Source: Candidatus Nanoarchaeia archaeon (GTDB lineage: Archaea > Nanobdellota > Nanobdellia > Woesearchaeales > UBA525). From it: DNA of 64,000 bases. How positions within the stretch are numbered: position 1 is the first letter of the stretch; each line of letters opens with the position of its first letter. The stretch covers positions 92,963-156,962 of the forward strand of contig JANQNB010000010.1 in assembly GCA_028279755.1 (NCBI GenBank), in the 5' to 3' direction. The position numbers and the translations under genes were made by a program. Below the pieces are notes generated by a model. That model searched no databases. It was given only the letters and a program-made list of their open reading frames with translations, and had not been told where the DNA came from. Shown here one piece after another: positions 54,153-63,437 of the stretch.

Positions 54153-54986
54153 CTAGGCGAGCTCGACGAGCCTGACCAGGTCATCGAGCGGAACGCGTGC
54201 TACCAATTCACCAAAGAACTGGAGGCTTCTGGCGTGGTCGAGTGTCTGCAACTGCTGTGAATCGACCACCACTGAGGTGATGAGATTTCTGAGATTGGTG
54301 ACTTCTGAGATGATGCGTTCCGGGCTCATGAGATTAAGGCTGCAGACGATGATGCTATGTGCGGCGCGTGCGTCTTTTGGCAGGTCAGCGTGTTCACTGC
54401 CGAGCCTGTCTTCTACGTATCCTGCTGTCTGTTCGAGCAGCCTGTCCATGTCGAGAAAGTCGCTGAGGGGAAACAGTCCGAGCCTGCCATTCATGGCGCC
54501 GGTTCTCATGTACTCGGCGATGTTGCCAGCCCATCGTTGCGCTTTGTAGGGAAGCGTCAATGCGCTGATCCTCGGCCCGAGCTCTTGCGGCAGTGTCGTG
54601 GTGAAATAGTATGTGAAGGTGCGGAGCGATTCCTGCGCCAGTATGGTATCGCGACCGGCTCCGTGGAGAAGACGCCATGCGCTTCGTTTCAGCTCTCGCA
54701 AAGCCGTGATGTTTGTTGGCATCCCGTACTCTTCGTGAACAGTTCGTGTCACTTGGTATGCAGCCCATGCTTGATCATTTTCACGGTCCAAGGTGTCCTG
54801 TTTGATTGCCCTTGCCACACCTTGCGCATCTATGAACATGTTCCGCAATTCCAAGATATCGAACGCGCGTATATCATAGGGCCTGTTCATTTCAGCGTTC
54901 GCGAACAAGCCGTTCAGCCTGCTTGCCGCGACTTTCATGTCCAAGGCATACCGCCCTGCATCGACCCCCATGACCGTAGGAGCCAC
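54153..54986 (-). CDS. Hypothetical protein (277 aa)
   Basis: Clean ORF, no recognised motif. Confidence 0.45.
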   Translation of the reverse strand: MAPTVMGVDAGRYALDMKVAASRLNGLFANAEMNRPYDIRAFDILELRNMFIDAQGVARAIKQDTLDRENDQAWAAYQVTRTVHEEYGMPTNITALRELKRSAWRLLHGAGRDTILAQESLRTFTYYFTTTLPQELGPRISALTLPYKAQRWAGNIAEYMRTGAMNGRLGLFPLSDFLDMDRLLEQTAGYVEDRLGSEHADLPKDARAAHSIIVCSLNLMSPERIISEVTNLRNLITSVVVDSQQLQTLDHARSLQFFGELVARVPLDDLVRLVELA

Positions 54987-55072
54987 CTTGGTGTTTTAAT
55001 GCTTTACCATTCCGGAGGGTTGACAATATAAACGGCCAAAGCTTTATTAAAAATCCCAATATCCCCCAGGCT

Positions 55073-55372
55073 ATGGCATTCAGCAGACGCTTTCCGCGCG
55101 ATGTCAAGGGCTCACCCTATCCGGTCTGGGAAGAAGTCTATCTTTCAGCAGAGGAAGAGCGAAAGCTGGAGGAAGACGCTCGAAAAGAGAACCTGAAGAT
55201 CATGCAGGAATGCCTGGCCGACGCGAAGACGATCGCCTCGGAAAAGCATGACGAAGAGGACATCGTCGCGCTCGCCATCGCCTTGTTCGAGAAGCGAGCG
55301 AGCCACGCCGTCTACTGGAAGGAAGAGGCGGTCAAGGAGAAGTTCGATAAGGCCTATCGTCCTAGTTCTTGA
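55073..55372 (+). CDS. Small hypothetical protein (99 aa), charged/helical
   Basis: ORF in an otherwise non-coding gap; weak. Confidence 0.3.
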   Translation: MAFSRRFPRDVKGSPYPVWEEVYLSAEEERKLEEDARKENLKIMQECLADAKTIASEKHDEEDIVALAIALFEKRASHAVYWKEEAVKEKFDKAYRPSS

Positions 55373-56378
55373 GCTTGAACGCGCGTAAGTGCTCGCTGGC
55401 GTATTCGCTGATGATCGCGTTCTTCGCGTGCATCGCAACCAGGTCCTGTTCCTTGATGATGCTGCGATGCTCTTTCAGGTATTTCTTCAGCTTGTCGATA
55501 TATTCGAAGCAGGAATGGACGAGGTCTGTCTGCGTGAGGAAGCCGACGACCTTCTTGTCGTCGACGACAAGCAGGCGACGCACCTTCTCGAAGAGCATGA
55601 TCATGTTCGCGTCGAAGATGTTGATGTCTGACGGGATGACTTTCACTGGTGATTTCATGACTTCCGGCAGTGTCTGGATGTCGATCTTGCCGCCAGTGTC
55701 GTAGAACTGCGCCACGACATCGTATTCTGTGAAGATCCCGACGACCTCGCCTTTGTCCGTCACCGGCAGGCTGCTCATGTTCTTCTTGGTCAGCAAGGCT
55801 TTTGCCGTGGTGAACCCCTTGCCCTTGTCGATCGTTTGGAACTTGGGGTTCATCACGTCCTTGACCAGGAAGGGCACTTTATCCATGCGCGCAACCGCGT
55901 GCACACGCTCGTAGATGGCTTTGCTCAGGTCGGTCTGCGTCACGATGCCCGCGATTCTGCCATCCTTATCCACGATCACGAGCTTCCTGATGTGCTTGTC
56001 CTTGAGGATGGCCTTGGCTTCGAGCAGGCTCGCTTCCGGCGGCATGGCCTCGACTGCGCAGTCCTTGCGGACCTTCTCGCCGCCGCGATACATGCAACTC
56101 ATGATATCCTTGACTTTCAGCTTGAAGACCGCGCTGCTCAAGGGCACTTTGGTGATGAAATCGCGCTCGGTGAGGATGCCGATCGGTTTGCCCTCAGCCT
56201 CGACCACCAGACCAGAAACAGCTTCGCCGATCATCACAGACGCGGCGTCGATCACGCTCTTGTCAGCGCCGATCGTGACGACATAATCGGTCATGATCTC
56301 GCCGGCAGGCGTGGTGAGCAGGTTCTCCACGCCTTTGTGTGCCTTGCGCAGGAGTTTTCGTCGGCGGATACCAAACAT
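55362..56378 (-). CDS. CBS-domain protein (four CBS motifs)
   Basis: Repeated '…IMT..V.T…GLVV…G..G.G(I/F).T..D…' CBS pairs across 338 aa. Confidence 0.75.
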   Translation of the reverse strand: MFGIRRRKLLRKAHKGVENLLTTPAGEIMTDYVVTIGADKSVIDAASVMIGEAVSGLVVEAEGKPIGILTERDFITKVPLSSAVFKLKVKDIMSCMYRGGEKVRKDCAVEAMPPEASLLEAKAILKDKHIRKLVIVDKDGRIAGIVTQTDLSKAIYERVHAVARMDKVPFLVKDVMNPKFQTIDKGKGFTTAKALLTKKNMSSLPVTDKGEVVGIFTEYDVVAQFYDTGGKIDIQTLPEVMKSPVKVIPSDINIFDANMIMLFEKVRRLLVVDDKKVVGFLTQTDLVHSCFEYIDKLKKYLKEHRSIIKEQDLVAMHAKNAIISEYASEHLRAFKLKN

Positions 56379-56424
56379 AGTCCTGTCTGCGGATCAGTGG
56401 TATTTAAGAATATTGAAAAATGGT

Positions 56425-57252
56425 TTACGGAGCAGTCACGTCCGCGTCCTTCACGAAGTTGTACGCGATGTCGTGGTACTCGACGCCACCCTCGAGGTCA
56501 GTGCGCGCCTCGTCAGCGTAGTATGCGACGTGCATCGGGACACCCATGAAGGGATCGAGGTACACCTCGTAGTACGAGCCGTCCATCTCGAATTGCACTA
56601 CTTTGACTTCGCGGCTCTCGTGCTGGCGTGTCTCCTTGATGAAGGCGCTGTTCGGGATCCTATCGACCCAGTCAAGGGGGTACTCGATGTCGTAGTCGCT
56701 GAACTTGGCGGTGCGTTCTTCCCCAGGCGTGGAGCAGATGCTTGACCGGTCGCTGAGACAGTAGGCCTTGACTGTCTTGGTCGCCAGGTTCAGGTAGATG
56801 GTGTCGACATGCGTCTCCCTGTCGTATTTCGGCGGCAGGATGGTCTCGACCTTGACCAGGTCTCCCCTGACTGAATACGTGTCGCGGGCGAGCGTCACGA
56901 TCCCGGTTGAGGTCACCTCGATCGGCGCGTGGACGAACTGCATGCTCTGCACTGTCCCGGCCTTGTCGAGCAGGTCGCCGATCACCGGATCCATGGAGCT
57001 GGGAGCGGCGTCCTGATCACCCGTCGAGTCATCTGAATCGTCAGTGCCAGCGTCATCGCTCGGCAGGTCGCTGAAGTCTGTCGGCAGGTTCTCCATCTGC
57101 CGCTCGAGCTCGTCAAGCTGTTCCTGCGCCTGCTGCACCATCGGGCAGTCCTCAGCCTTCTTCACGAATGAGCCGTCCGGGCATCTCGTCGGTTTGACAA
57201 CGCAGGCTGTCACGAAGAGCGCAATAACCAGTAATGCTATGATCGCTTTCAT
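56425..57252 (-). CDS. Secreted lipoprotein-like protein carrying one 'CPDGSFV' cysteine motif
   Basis: Started at MKAIIALLVIALFVTAC (lipobox-like) inside the GTG track ORF. '…KPTRCPDGSFVKKAEDCPM…' shares the CPDGS motif with the 985..2148 and 2307..5108 products; an acidic Asp/Ser-rich linker follows. Confidence 0.55.
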   Translation of the reverse strand: MKAIIALLVIALFVTACVVKPTRCPDGSFVKKAEDCPMVQQAQEQLDELERQMENLPTDFSDLPSDDAGTDDSDDSTGDQDAAPSSMDPVIGDLLDKAGTVQSMQFVHAPIEVTSTGIVTLARDTYSVRGDLVKVETILPPKYDRETHVDTIYLNLATKTVKAYCLSDRSSICSTPGEERTAKFSDYDIEYPLDWVDRIPNSAFIKETRQHESREVKVVQFEMDGSYYEVYLDPFMGVPMHVAYYADEARTDLEGGVEYHDIAYNFVKDADVTAP

Positions 57253-57297
57253 ACAATCCACCCCCTGAGAAGACTATAGAATGCGGAGCCCTTTATA

Positions 57298-57543
57298 TTA
57301 CTTTTTGCGATGCTCAGCGCGCCGCACTTTGGGATGGTGCACCGCGAGCTCGACCAACTCTTCCTCGCTCGTGCCCGCGCCTGACATGCTGACAAGGCTT
57401 GCGATGAAGAGGATGATGAAGAAGATGAGCAGCGTGACGCCCCAGGTCTTGTTCCAGCCGTAGACCTGGAACACGGTGACGAAGAAGCCGATGATGCTGA
57501 TCAACATCCACTCGTGCGGGAGCGGAGCCATCTTCAAAGCCAT
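57298..57543 (-). CDS. Small membrane protein (~81 aa, 2 TM)
   Basis: Started at the internal Met MALKMAPLPHEWMLISIIGFFVTVFQVYGW…LLIFFIILFIASLVSM…; the longer track ORF overlaps the convergent + gene. Confidence 0.4.
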   Translation of the reverse strand: MALKMAPLPHEWMLISIIGFFVTVFQVYGWNKTWGVTLLIFFIILFIASLVSMSGAGTSEEELVELAVHHPKVRRAEHRKK

Positions 57544-57645
57544 GGTGCACCTCTCTCTATGATGGATAAGGATTTGGAGGGTTTTAATGATTTTCGGTTT
57601 CCACAACGCACTGTGCATAAGAAGCCAGGAGTCCTTTTTCAGGGC

Positions 57646-58137
57646 ATGGCGACCCTGATAAACATCCACGGACCTGTCGCTGTCGGCAAGAGCACGACAG
57701 TCGAGAAACTGCTTCCTCAGCTGAAAAACTATGTGTTCATCGACCGCGCCTACATCAAGCATCACCTCAGCGCACTTGGGAGAGAGGAACGCAAAGTCGT
57801 GTCGAAGAAAGCGGTGTACCTCCTACTTGAGCAATGTATTTACCGTGATGCAAATATTCTCACTCAAGAACTGAATCCTGAGAGCCTTTACAGACATGTT
57901 GGCTTGCTGCTCGAAAAGCACAAATATCGCTTCCTCAGCTTTCGCCTTGCAGCCCGGTGGGAAACAACCATCGCGAGAAGCAGGGCCAGGCAGAAGAACG
58001 CTCACGAGGGACGGATGCGCAAGATCTGGGACAGTTATCCGCAGCCCTCAAAGTTTGACATCATCATCGACACTGAACAGCTTTCCGAGGAGGAAGTGGT
58101 CGAGCGGATCCTCGCTCACACCTTGTACACAGTGTAG
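57646..58137 (+). CDS. P-loop NTPase / small-molecule kinase-like protein (AAA_33/zeta-toxin-like fold)
   Basis: Started at MATLINIHGPVAVGKSTTVEKL (Walker A GPVAVGKST); …FIDRAY… is Walker-B-like; 164 aa. Confidence 0.5.
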   Translation: MATLINIHGPVAVGKSTTVEKLLPQLKNYVFIDRAYIKHHLSALGREERKVVSKKAVYLLLEQCIYRDANILTQELNPESLYRHVGLLLEKHKYRFLSFRLAARWETTIARSRARQKNAHEGRMRKIWDSYPQPSKFDIIIDTEQLSEEEVVERILAHTLYTV

Positions 58138-59297
58138 CTCCAGATTGCGTAGACGCCCATGATCGCGCCGATAATGATGAAGAGCGTGTTCATCGGCAGG
58201 AAGAACAGGACCAGGCCGCCGATGAGCTTGCCGAGCATGGAGAACACCTGCGTGTGGGTCATGAACGGCCCGTAAAAGCGATTCTCCTCTTCCTGGCTCA
58301 CCGTCCGGAAGAAGTAGGTCTCGCGCGTTCCCTCGATGAAGGCAGCGCCGATGCTGGCGATGATGAAGAAAGTGATGACCATGAAAACAGAGGAAGCGAT
58401 GCCGGCGAGATAGGCGAAAACGGCGATGATGCCATAGCCTGCGATGAACATCCAGCGGATGGTGTGCTTGTTCGTGACGCGACCGATCGGATATTCCAGC
58501 AGCACGAGGGGCACGACCACGCCGAAGAGCGTGTACCCAACCCATTCCCCGCCAAGGCCGTTCCGGATGATGACAAGCGGCAGGTAGATGTAAACGATCG
58601 CCCAGTAGATGTTGATGCCGCCGGCGATCGCGTAGGCGTTGAGCCGCTCTTTTTTCCTGAAGAACTCGACGAGGTGGCCGAGGCATCGCTTCAATGTCGA
58701 GTAGTCGCCCTTGTGATGGTGGAAGTCCCTGATCTTCAATGCCCTGTACATCAGCACGGTGAGCAATGCGAAGAGCGCCGAAAACAGGAAGGTGGCATTC
58801 GTGCTGTAGCGGGCGATGACAAAGCCGCCGAGCAAGGGGCCGACGAGCCAGCCCACGTTGCTCATGACGTATCTGATGCCTTCAGCGCTTCCCAGCTCGT
58901 CGCTCGACGAGCTGTCCCGCACGAGCACGCCGAGCGTTGCTGAATAGATCGTCTGGCAGAAGACTGTGAAGACCGCGACGATGAGCAGGACGATGATGTT
59001 GTGGGTGAAGGCGAACGCGACATAGCCCAGCACCAAACCGAGGAGACTTGTGCCGATGATCCTTGTTTGCGCATTCCGTTCGAGGAGCGGCGCTGCGAAG
59101 ATGTAGTAGAGCAAGGCCAGGAGGTTCAGGGAGCCGCTGACCAGGCCGACGAGCGAAGCGTTGTGCAGGAAGGAATCGAGATGCACTGCCCAGACCGCGT
59201 CGAAGATGGCGAAGCCGATGCAGACGAACAAATGTGCCACTGACACCCTGAAGAACTGGCTCTGCAAGACGCGTCGTTTGTGCAGATTTGGGATCAT
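58116..59297 (-). CDS. MFS transporter
   Basis: 12 predicted TM segments; …GPLLGGFVIARYS… resembles MFS signature motif A. Confidence 0.8.
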   Translation of the reverse strand: MIPNLHKRRVLQSQFFRVSVAHLFVCIGFAIFDAVWAVHLDSFLHNASLVGLVSGSLNLLALLYYIFAAPLLERNAQTRIIGTSLLGLVLGYVAFAFTHNIIVLLIVAVFTVFCQTIYSATLGVLVRDSSSSDELGSAEGIRYVMSNVGWLVGPLLGGFVIARYSTNATFLFSALFALLTVLMYRALKIRDFHHHKGDYSTLKRCLGHLVEFFRKKERLNAYAIAGGINIYWAIVYIYLPLVIIRNGLGGEWVGYTLFGVVVPLVLLEYPIGRVTNKHTIRWMFIAGYGIIAVFAYLAGIASSVFMVITFFIIASIGAAFIEGTRETYFFRTVSQEEENRFYGPFMTHTQVFSMLGKLIGGLVLFFLPMNTLFIIIGAIMGVYAIWSYTVYKV

Positions 59298-59401
59298 CCG
59301 CGCAGTCCTTGTTCTTGCTCCTTATAAGGTTTATTCAATTCGTTCAAGCACATTTCCTTTGTCTTATGTCTAGCGAAAATAATTAATACACAAGCTGACG
59401 A

Positions 59402-59815
59402 TTGCTCATTATGAAAAACAAACTCATCATTGAAAAGGCGTCTGCGGAAGACCTCGGATGGGTTCGGACGAAGCTCCGGGAGAATGAGTGGGGATATGAC
59501 AGCTTGGATCACGTGTTTGTTGCGAAAACAGACGGGAAACTGATAGGTATGGCCCGGGTGGAATTCTTCCGGAACAAAGCGTTAGCGACAATTGCAGGGG
59601 TGTATGTCGAGCCGGAAGCGAGAGGAAATGATATTGGCTTTCAGCTTATACATGCAATTCTTGAAGCGTTTCCGGAAGTGATTGAATGGTATTTGGCAGG
59701 TCACTCCTGGATCGAGGCCTATTACTCAAAAATGGGATTTGTAAAGATCCAAGCAGTGATTCCTGAGCTGAAAAGAAGCTTCGATAATCAGGTTTTCATG
59801 GTTTTAAGGAGATGA
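59402..59815 (+). CDS. GNAT-family N-acetyltransferase
   Basis: …KLIGMARVEF…IAGVYVEPEARGNDIGFQLIHAILE… is the acetyl-CoA-binding motif A (Q/RxxGxG/A pattern). Confidence 0.7.
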   Translation: MLIMKNKLIIEKASAEDLGWVRTKLRENEWGYDSLDHVFVAKTDGKLIGMARVEFFRNKALATIAGVYVEPEARGNDIGFQLIHAILEAFPEVIEWYLAGHSWIEAYYSKMGFVKIQAVIPELKRSFDNQVFMVLRR

Positions 59816-59833
59816 GAGTGTCCTTAGCTATTC

Positions 59834-60970
59834 TCAACTGAACTCTTCAGGAGTCGCCAGGTATTTCTTCAGGTTCTTCCGCGCTGCTTCGCGCTTCTTC
59901 TGGTGGTTCGACAGGCAGACGTTGAGCTTGTCGATGAGGATGGTTTTCAGCTCGCCGGAGAGGAGCTTTCCTGCCTTGTAGTCCTTGTAGTATTGTTCGA
60001 GTTTCTTGTCATCTTCTTCGAAGAATGTGAGGTATTGATACGCGACGTCGATGTCAGGGTTGCCGCCTTTCTTCCGGTGTTCCTCGACTGTGTCCTTGCC
60101 GCCGGAGAACGCGTACTTGTTGATCTTCTTCTTCACTGTCTTCGGATCATCCGTCGTCCAGATCACCTGGGTGTCAGGATCGCCGTCAGTCGTGCTCATC
60201 TTGCCCTCGGCGCTTTGCAGTCCAGGCAGGAAGCGCGCGTGCAATATTGCCGGCTTGGGATAGCCGACTTTCTGGATGATGTCCCGTGTCACTCTGAAAT
60301 GCGGATCCTGGTCGATCGCGAGCGGGATCAGGCAGGGTAATTTCTTTTTTGCCGCAATGCTCGGCAGAAAGGCGGGTACCGCTTGCATGCACGTGTAGAA
60401 GATGCTGCCCACGTTGGTGCTGTTGTCGAAGCCGAACACCGCTTTGGTCGTGGAAAACGTCAAGCGCTTCGCGATCTTGATCGCTTCCGGGTACATGACG
60501 CCGCTCATCTTGGTGTCGATGATGATGCGCAACTGCTCTGGCGTAAACCCGAGCGCGATGATGTCGAGCGCGTTCTCAAGCGCGTAATTCGTCGCTTCCT
60601 CAAGGGACAGGCCTTCCTTGAACAGGAACTTCTCGTCGTCAGTCATCTGGAAGTACAGCTTCAGTTTCAGCTTTTCAGCCAGCCACTTGGTGAGGATCCA
60701 GGGGATCATATGCCCCAGGTGGGTCTTGCCGCTCGGGCCGCGCCCGGTATAGAGGAATCCCTTGTTGCCTTTCTCGTATTCCTTCAGGAACCAGTCCAGA
60801 TCACGATGAGAAAAGAAGACCTTGCGGCGAATGAGGTGGTGCAGCTCGCCGGTGTGCTTCTCCAGGCGTTTGAGCAGCTTGGCATCGAGTTCTTGCGTGC
60901 CGAATTCCTTCACCAGCCGCTTATAATCGATCTCGCCTGAGACCTCCCACGGCGTTACAACAAAGGCCAT
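59834..60970 (-). CDS. trpS: Tryptophanyl-tRNA synthetase (archaeal/eukaryotic type)
   Basis: 'GRGPSGKTHLGHMIPWILTKWLAEKLKLKLYFQMTDDEKFLFK' carries the HIGH-class motif plus the QMTDDEK block characteristic of euk/archaeal TrpRS (human: …[36 protein letters not shown]). KMSKS-like 'KMSTT'. Confidence 0.85.
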   Translation of the reverse strand: MAFVVTPWEVSGEIDYKRLVKEFGTQELDAKLLKRLEKHTGELHHLIRRKVFFSHRDLDWFLKEYEKGNKGFLYTGRGPSGKTHLGHMIPWILTKWLAEKLKLKLYFQMTDDEKFLFKEGLSLEEATNYALENALDIIALGFTPEQLRIIIDTKMSGVMYPEAIKIAKRLTFSTTKAVFGFDNSTNVGSIFYTCMQAVPAFLPSIAAKKKLPCLIPLAIDQDPHFRVTRDIIQKVGYPKPAILHARFLPGLQSAEGKMSTTDGDPDTQVIWTTDDPKTVKKKINKYAFSGGKDTVEEHRKKGGNPDIDVAYQYLTFFEEDDKKLEQYYKDYKAGKLLSGELKTILIDKLNVCLSNHQKKREAARKNLKKYLATPEEFS

Positions 60971-61000
60971 AGTTCTCGAGTCGTGTGGGAGAATAAAAAG

Positions 61001-61747
61001 TTATTCCTTCTTGAACAGCGTGCTCTCAGTAACTGGCGGCGGCGCTTCCTTCGCCAGCTTCTCACGCTCTTTCTTGCTGCCTTTGTACTTGGGCTCGAGC
61101 AGGTGGATGATGCCGAAGCAGAAGCGCAGCACGACAAAGAGGACGATGGCCGCGAGCAGGGTATACCAGTCGACCGGGACAGGATCCGCGCCGGCGTTAT
61201 GGCTGTACACGATGGCGATGCCGACATAGGCGAGGAGATGGATCTGCAGGTTGCCGCTGATGAAGAACGCGAACCTCTTGGGCAGCCAGTGCAGGAAGTC
61301 GAGGAAGAGCAACAATAAGCCGTAGATGCCGATCGCGGCTGCGATCAGGGTGCTGACAGCGCCGCCAGTCTCTGCGCTGAAATGCGTGATGTTGAACCAG
61401 ATATCGCTGAGCATCGTGCTCGGCGCCACGCCGGGATAGATCGTCTTGAGCAAGTCAACGCTAACGAAAATAAGCACGAGCGCGTGGCCCACTGCTGAGT
61501 TCCAGCCAAGCTCTTCCTTCGTGTACCGGCCTTCGTAGAGCTCCAGAACGACGAGCGTGATGATCATGGGCAGGATGATGTAGAACATCTGCGGGTGGAG
61601 GAATGGCGCGAAGAGGAGGTCGACGATCCGCTCGCCGAGGATAGCGAAGAAGCCGCTCACTGTGCCGGTCGAGACGACGGGTGCTGTTGCATTGATTGTC
61701 GCATTCAAGGTTTCGTTCAGTGCCATTTTGTTCTCGGATTTCACCAC
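61001..61747 (-). CDS. Integral membrane protein, hypothetical (6 TM)
   Basis: Hydrophobicity pattern; N-terminal NxT-rich segment. Confidence 0.5.
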   Translation of the reverse strand: MVKSENKMALNETLNATINATAPVVSTGTVSGFFAILGERIVDLLFAPFLHPQMFYIILPMIITLVVLELYEGRYTKEELGWNSAVGHALVLIFVSVDLLKTIYPGVAPSTMLSDIWFNITHFSAETGGAVSTLIAAAIGIYGLLLLFLDFLHWLPKRFAFFISGNLQIHLLAYVGIAIVYSHNAGADPVPVDWYTLLAAIVLFVVLRFCFGIIHLLEPKYKGSKKEREKLAKEAPPPVTESTLFKKE

Positions 61748-61791
61748 CTTGGCGCGGCATACGAAGTGAGAGCGCCGTGGTGAAATCCGTC

Positions 61792-62307
61792 CTATTCATC
61801 ACCCAGTATCTCGCGCGCGACCGCGACGCAGCTGTCCCAGTTCTTCGGATATGCTGCCAGGTTGATGCGCGCCATAACCTTCTCCGCAGTGCCACCTAAT
61901 AAGAGTTTTCCTTCTGCTAATGCTTTCTTGTCAAATTTCAGTTTCAGTTTTCCTTCACTGTCGAGATTGTTCTCGATATTATTCAAGAGGCCCTGGCGCG
62001 CATCCTTTGGAAGCTCTTGTACCTTATCAACAAAAGCCTTGACATCCCGTTGCTTGTCGAAGCGATACGTGTGCACTGTCAACGCGCCGTCCTCGCCTGG
62101 CGTCTCGCTCTCGACGTAAAGTATGCCTTTCTTCTGCAGATCGTAGACTTTCGTGTGCTTTTTCTCCGGATGCCACTTCCACTGCGTTTCGAGCACAATT
62201 TTCATCGGCACTGGCGCGAAGAAATCGAGACAGCGATACGCGCTTGCGACAGAATCATGCGCTTTGGTGAAGACTTCGAGTGTGACATGATGCGCCAGTT
62301 TTGGCAT
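61792..62307 (-). CDS. 2H-phosphoesterase superfamily protein (LigT/ThpR-like 2'-5' RNA ligase / cyclic phosphodiesterase)
   Basis: Two H-x-T-x motifs ('LAHHVTLE' and 'LTVHTYRF') at the expected ~80-aa spacing; 171 aa. Confidence 0.6.
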   Translation of the reverse strand: MPKLAHHVTLEVFTKAHDSVASAYRCLDFFAPVPMKIVLETQWKWHPEKKHTKVYDLQKKGILYVESETPGEDGALTVHTYRFDKQRDVKAFVDKVQELPKDARQGLLNNIENNLDSEGKLKLKFDKKALAEGKLLLGGTAEKVMARINLAAYPKNWDSCVAVAREILGDE

Positions 62308-62381
62308 GGATTTGTCCAGGTTGGCGGGTTAATAAATATTTGGACAGAAGTATTATAAACGCTGGCCTGGCTTGAACACGC

Positions 62382-63437
62382 ATGAAACACCCGGTCAAGA
62401 TCACGCTCGTGCTTCTCGGATTGTTCGTGGTTTCGCAGCTCGTCGGCCTCGCGCTCATCAGCAGCTCAGTCACCGGCGTCGTCGTCGAGGACGACAGGGC
62501 GCGCTTGTCGCACAAAGTGACTGCGTTGGGTGAGACCCCTGATTTCATCGGCCAGCACACTGTGCCAGTCACTGTAGAAAACGGCACGGTCAGTGTCGAG
62601 AACCGGACCACGATCGAGATCGTGGTCGAGGAATACGACGATCCCTGGCCGATCCTCTACCTGATCATCGGCGTCACGATCGGCACGCTCTTATTGCTCG
62701 TGCTCATCAAGTTCCGCCAGATACAGTTGTGGAAGCTCTGGTTCTTCCTCGCCGTCTTCCTCGCGCAGGCGGTCGCGTTCGGCGTGGTCCTCTCGCAGCT
62801 TGTCGCGTTGATACTGGCGTTTGTCCTTGGCTTGCTGAAGGTGTACAAGCCCAACCCCTGGGTGCATAACATCACTGAAGTCTTCATGTATGCGGGCATC
62901 GCGGTCCTGCTCGTGCCGAACTTCACACCGTTCTGGGTGATCTCCCTGCTGCTCGTTGTGAGCCTCTACGACGCCTGGGCGGTGTGGCGCTCGCGGCACA
63001 TGATCAAGCTCGCCGAGTTCCAGAAGAGCAGCGATGTTTTTGCCGGCTTGCTCGTCCCCAAAAAAACCAAAATCCCCAAACCAATCAAGAAATCAGCGAG
63101 TAAGACAGCGAAGAAAGTCAAGATACCACCGCAGCACGTGCCTCCGCCAAAGATGGGTGGCCACGCCATCCTCGGCGGCGGCGACATCGCCTTCCCGCTC
63201 ATCTTCGCTGGCGTGTTCGTCGAGGACATGCTCTTGAAAGGCGCGGTCGCTTCGGGATTGACGATCACGAGCAGCGTGCGCAATCTTGCGCTTGTGCACG
63301 GCGCAGTCATCCTGCTCGGCGCGCTTGTCGCGCTCGCTCTCCTGTTCTTCTACGCCAAGAAAGACCGATACTATCCAGCCATGCCCTACATCACCGCGGG
63401 TTGCCTTGCTGGCTGGCTGGTGACGTTCTTACTGTAA
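62382..63437 (+). CDS. Presenilin/signal-peptide-peptidase-family intramembrane aspartyl protease (A22-like)
   Basis: Multi-TM protein with 'SLYDAWAV' (YD), 'AILGGGDIAFP' (GxGD) and a C-terminal 'YPAMPY' (PAL-like). The Lys/Pro-rich loop sits between the YD and GxGD helices, as in presenilin homologs. Confidence 0.6.
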   Translation: MKHPVKITLVLLGLFVVSQLVGLALISSSVTGVVVEDDRARLSHKVTALGETPDFIGQHTVPVTVENGTVSVENRTTIEIVVEEYDDPWPILYLIIGVTIGTLLLLVLIKFRQIQLWKLWFFLAVFLAQAVAFGVVLSQLVALILAFVLGLLKVYKPNPWVHNITEVFMYAGIAVLLVPNFTPFWVISLLLVVSLYDAWAVWRSRHMIKLAEFQKSSDVFAGLLVPKKTKIPKPIKKSASKTAKKVKIPPQHVPPPKMGGHAILGGGDIAFPLIFAGVFVEDMLLKGAVASGLTITSSVRNLALVHGAVILLGALVALALLFFYAKKDRYYPAMPYITAGCLAGWLVTFLL

